DNA from: Callorhinchus milii | Taxonomy: Eukaryota | Assembly (NCBI RefSeq): GCF_018977255.1 | Contig: NW_024704742.1 | Span: 136,464,001 to 136,528,000, forward strand | DNA length: 64,000 nucleotides | Direction of reading: 5' to 3' | Shown: positions 62,821-64,000 of the stretch, one piece after another | Position numbering within the stretch: position 1 is the stretch's first letter | Layout: each line of letters starts with the position of its first letter | Notes under the pieces: model-generated | Databases searched by the model: none | Seen by the model: the letters and a program-made list of their open reading frames with translations, nothing else | Told to the model about the DNA's origin: nothing | Translations under genes and position numbers: made by a program

Positions 62821-64000
62821 CCAGAGCGTGTCTAGTGTTTATGAAATCGTTCCAGAATAGAGAAAACGCAGAAGATGAGGATGGTCATTTCAATCCTCGA
62901 CTGTTTGTGGGACGCTGCTGTGCGCAATTGGCTCCCGAGTTTCACCCACAAATATACAGTTAATTCACGTTACAGTCTATTCTGTGAAACGCTTTGAGAT
63001 GTCTAGAACACATGAAAAGCGCTATAATCAAATGCAAGGATTAATTAGGGTTAGGGTTAAGGTTAAGGGTTAATTAATTAATTAATTAATCAATCATTTA
63101 GGATGAAGAAGGTGCTACAGTCCATCCTATTTCACCCCATCAACTGCATCAAGCTGCTTTTTGCCATCCTTTGATGAGACATTAAACCAACGTCCTTCTG
63201 CCTGTTTAGGTGGGTGTTCAAGATCCCACGGTGTTATTCGACACCTCTAACCTGATGTCCAGACCAACGATCCTCCAAATAAAATTGGTCCCTCACTCCA
63301 TGGCTGTTTGTGGGACGTGGCTGTGTGCAACTGGTTGCTGCGTTTCGCCCATAAAATACCACCAATCCACTGTAGAGTATATTCTGTGAAATGCTTTGAG
63401 ATGTCTCAGTGATGTGATATCAAATGCAAGGATTATTATTAGTATTTTAAATGTGGTCCATTGTCCTGTCCTCAAGTTGCTTTCCTGACAACCTGTTCCA
63501 GTTGTTGGTTTCACTCTGAGAGAAAAGAAAACAGCTTCTCCCTATTTATTTTCTGAAAGGCCAGATGTTTCCATAAACACTGCAGGGCGCAGGATTTCAC
63601 ATCATGTCTAAACAGGAGATTGTTTTATCAACAACATTTTACTGACTAATTTATTGCACAGATTAAAGAGACTGAATGTCTGGCCAGCTAAATAATTCTC
63701 CATCTTCAAACGAAAGGTCCCAGAGAAGCCTTTATAGATATGGAGTCCTGTAACATCGTGGTTAAAGCACTTGCCTCCAAGCGAGAGGATCTGGGTTCGA
63801 TTCCCTGACAGGGCAAAACCTTCGGCAAGTTTCCTTACTCCACATGCCTCTGTTTACCTAGCAGTAAATAGGAAGCTGGTTGTTAGTCATTTGGCAGATC
63901 AATTTCCAGGGGGAATAATCCCTTAATTTTTTAAAAATAATAGCAATTGGCTGCCACATTTCACCCAATATACAGCCAATTCACTTTACAGTACACTCTG

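Overview
Eukaryotic, repeat-rich vertebrate DNA. The DeuSINE/L2/CR1 content and a shark-type Penelope fragment suggest a cartilaginous fish, possibly a chimaera (inference). Two protein genes lie on the + strand: the last two coding exons of myosin Vb (myo5b; 484-564, 1179-1331) and a complete 10-exon mitochondrial 3-ketoacyl-CoA thiolase gene (acaa2; CDS 21293-34633, 1194 nt, 397 aa, all introns GT-AG). The ORF track cannot show the most interesting element. Head-to-head with acaa2, on the - strand of the same CpG island, is a two-domain box C/D guide RNA. By the D'+5 rule its guides target U12 snRNA G22 and U4 snRNA C8, matching mammalian SCARNA17 (mgU12-22/U4-8, with the U91 domain) in the same myo5b-scaRNA-acaa2 arrangement. 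Its linker carries a SINE tail, and its first C-like box overlaps a consensus 5' splice site. The rest is mostly tRNA(Ala)-headed Deu-domain SINEs, partner L2 fragments, CR1 3' ends and an unclassified repeat. Most long ORFs in the track are repeat-derived. Comparisons with human sequences are from memory, not from searches.
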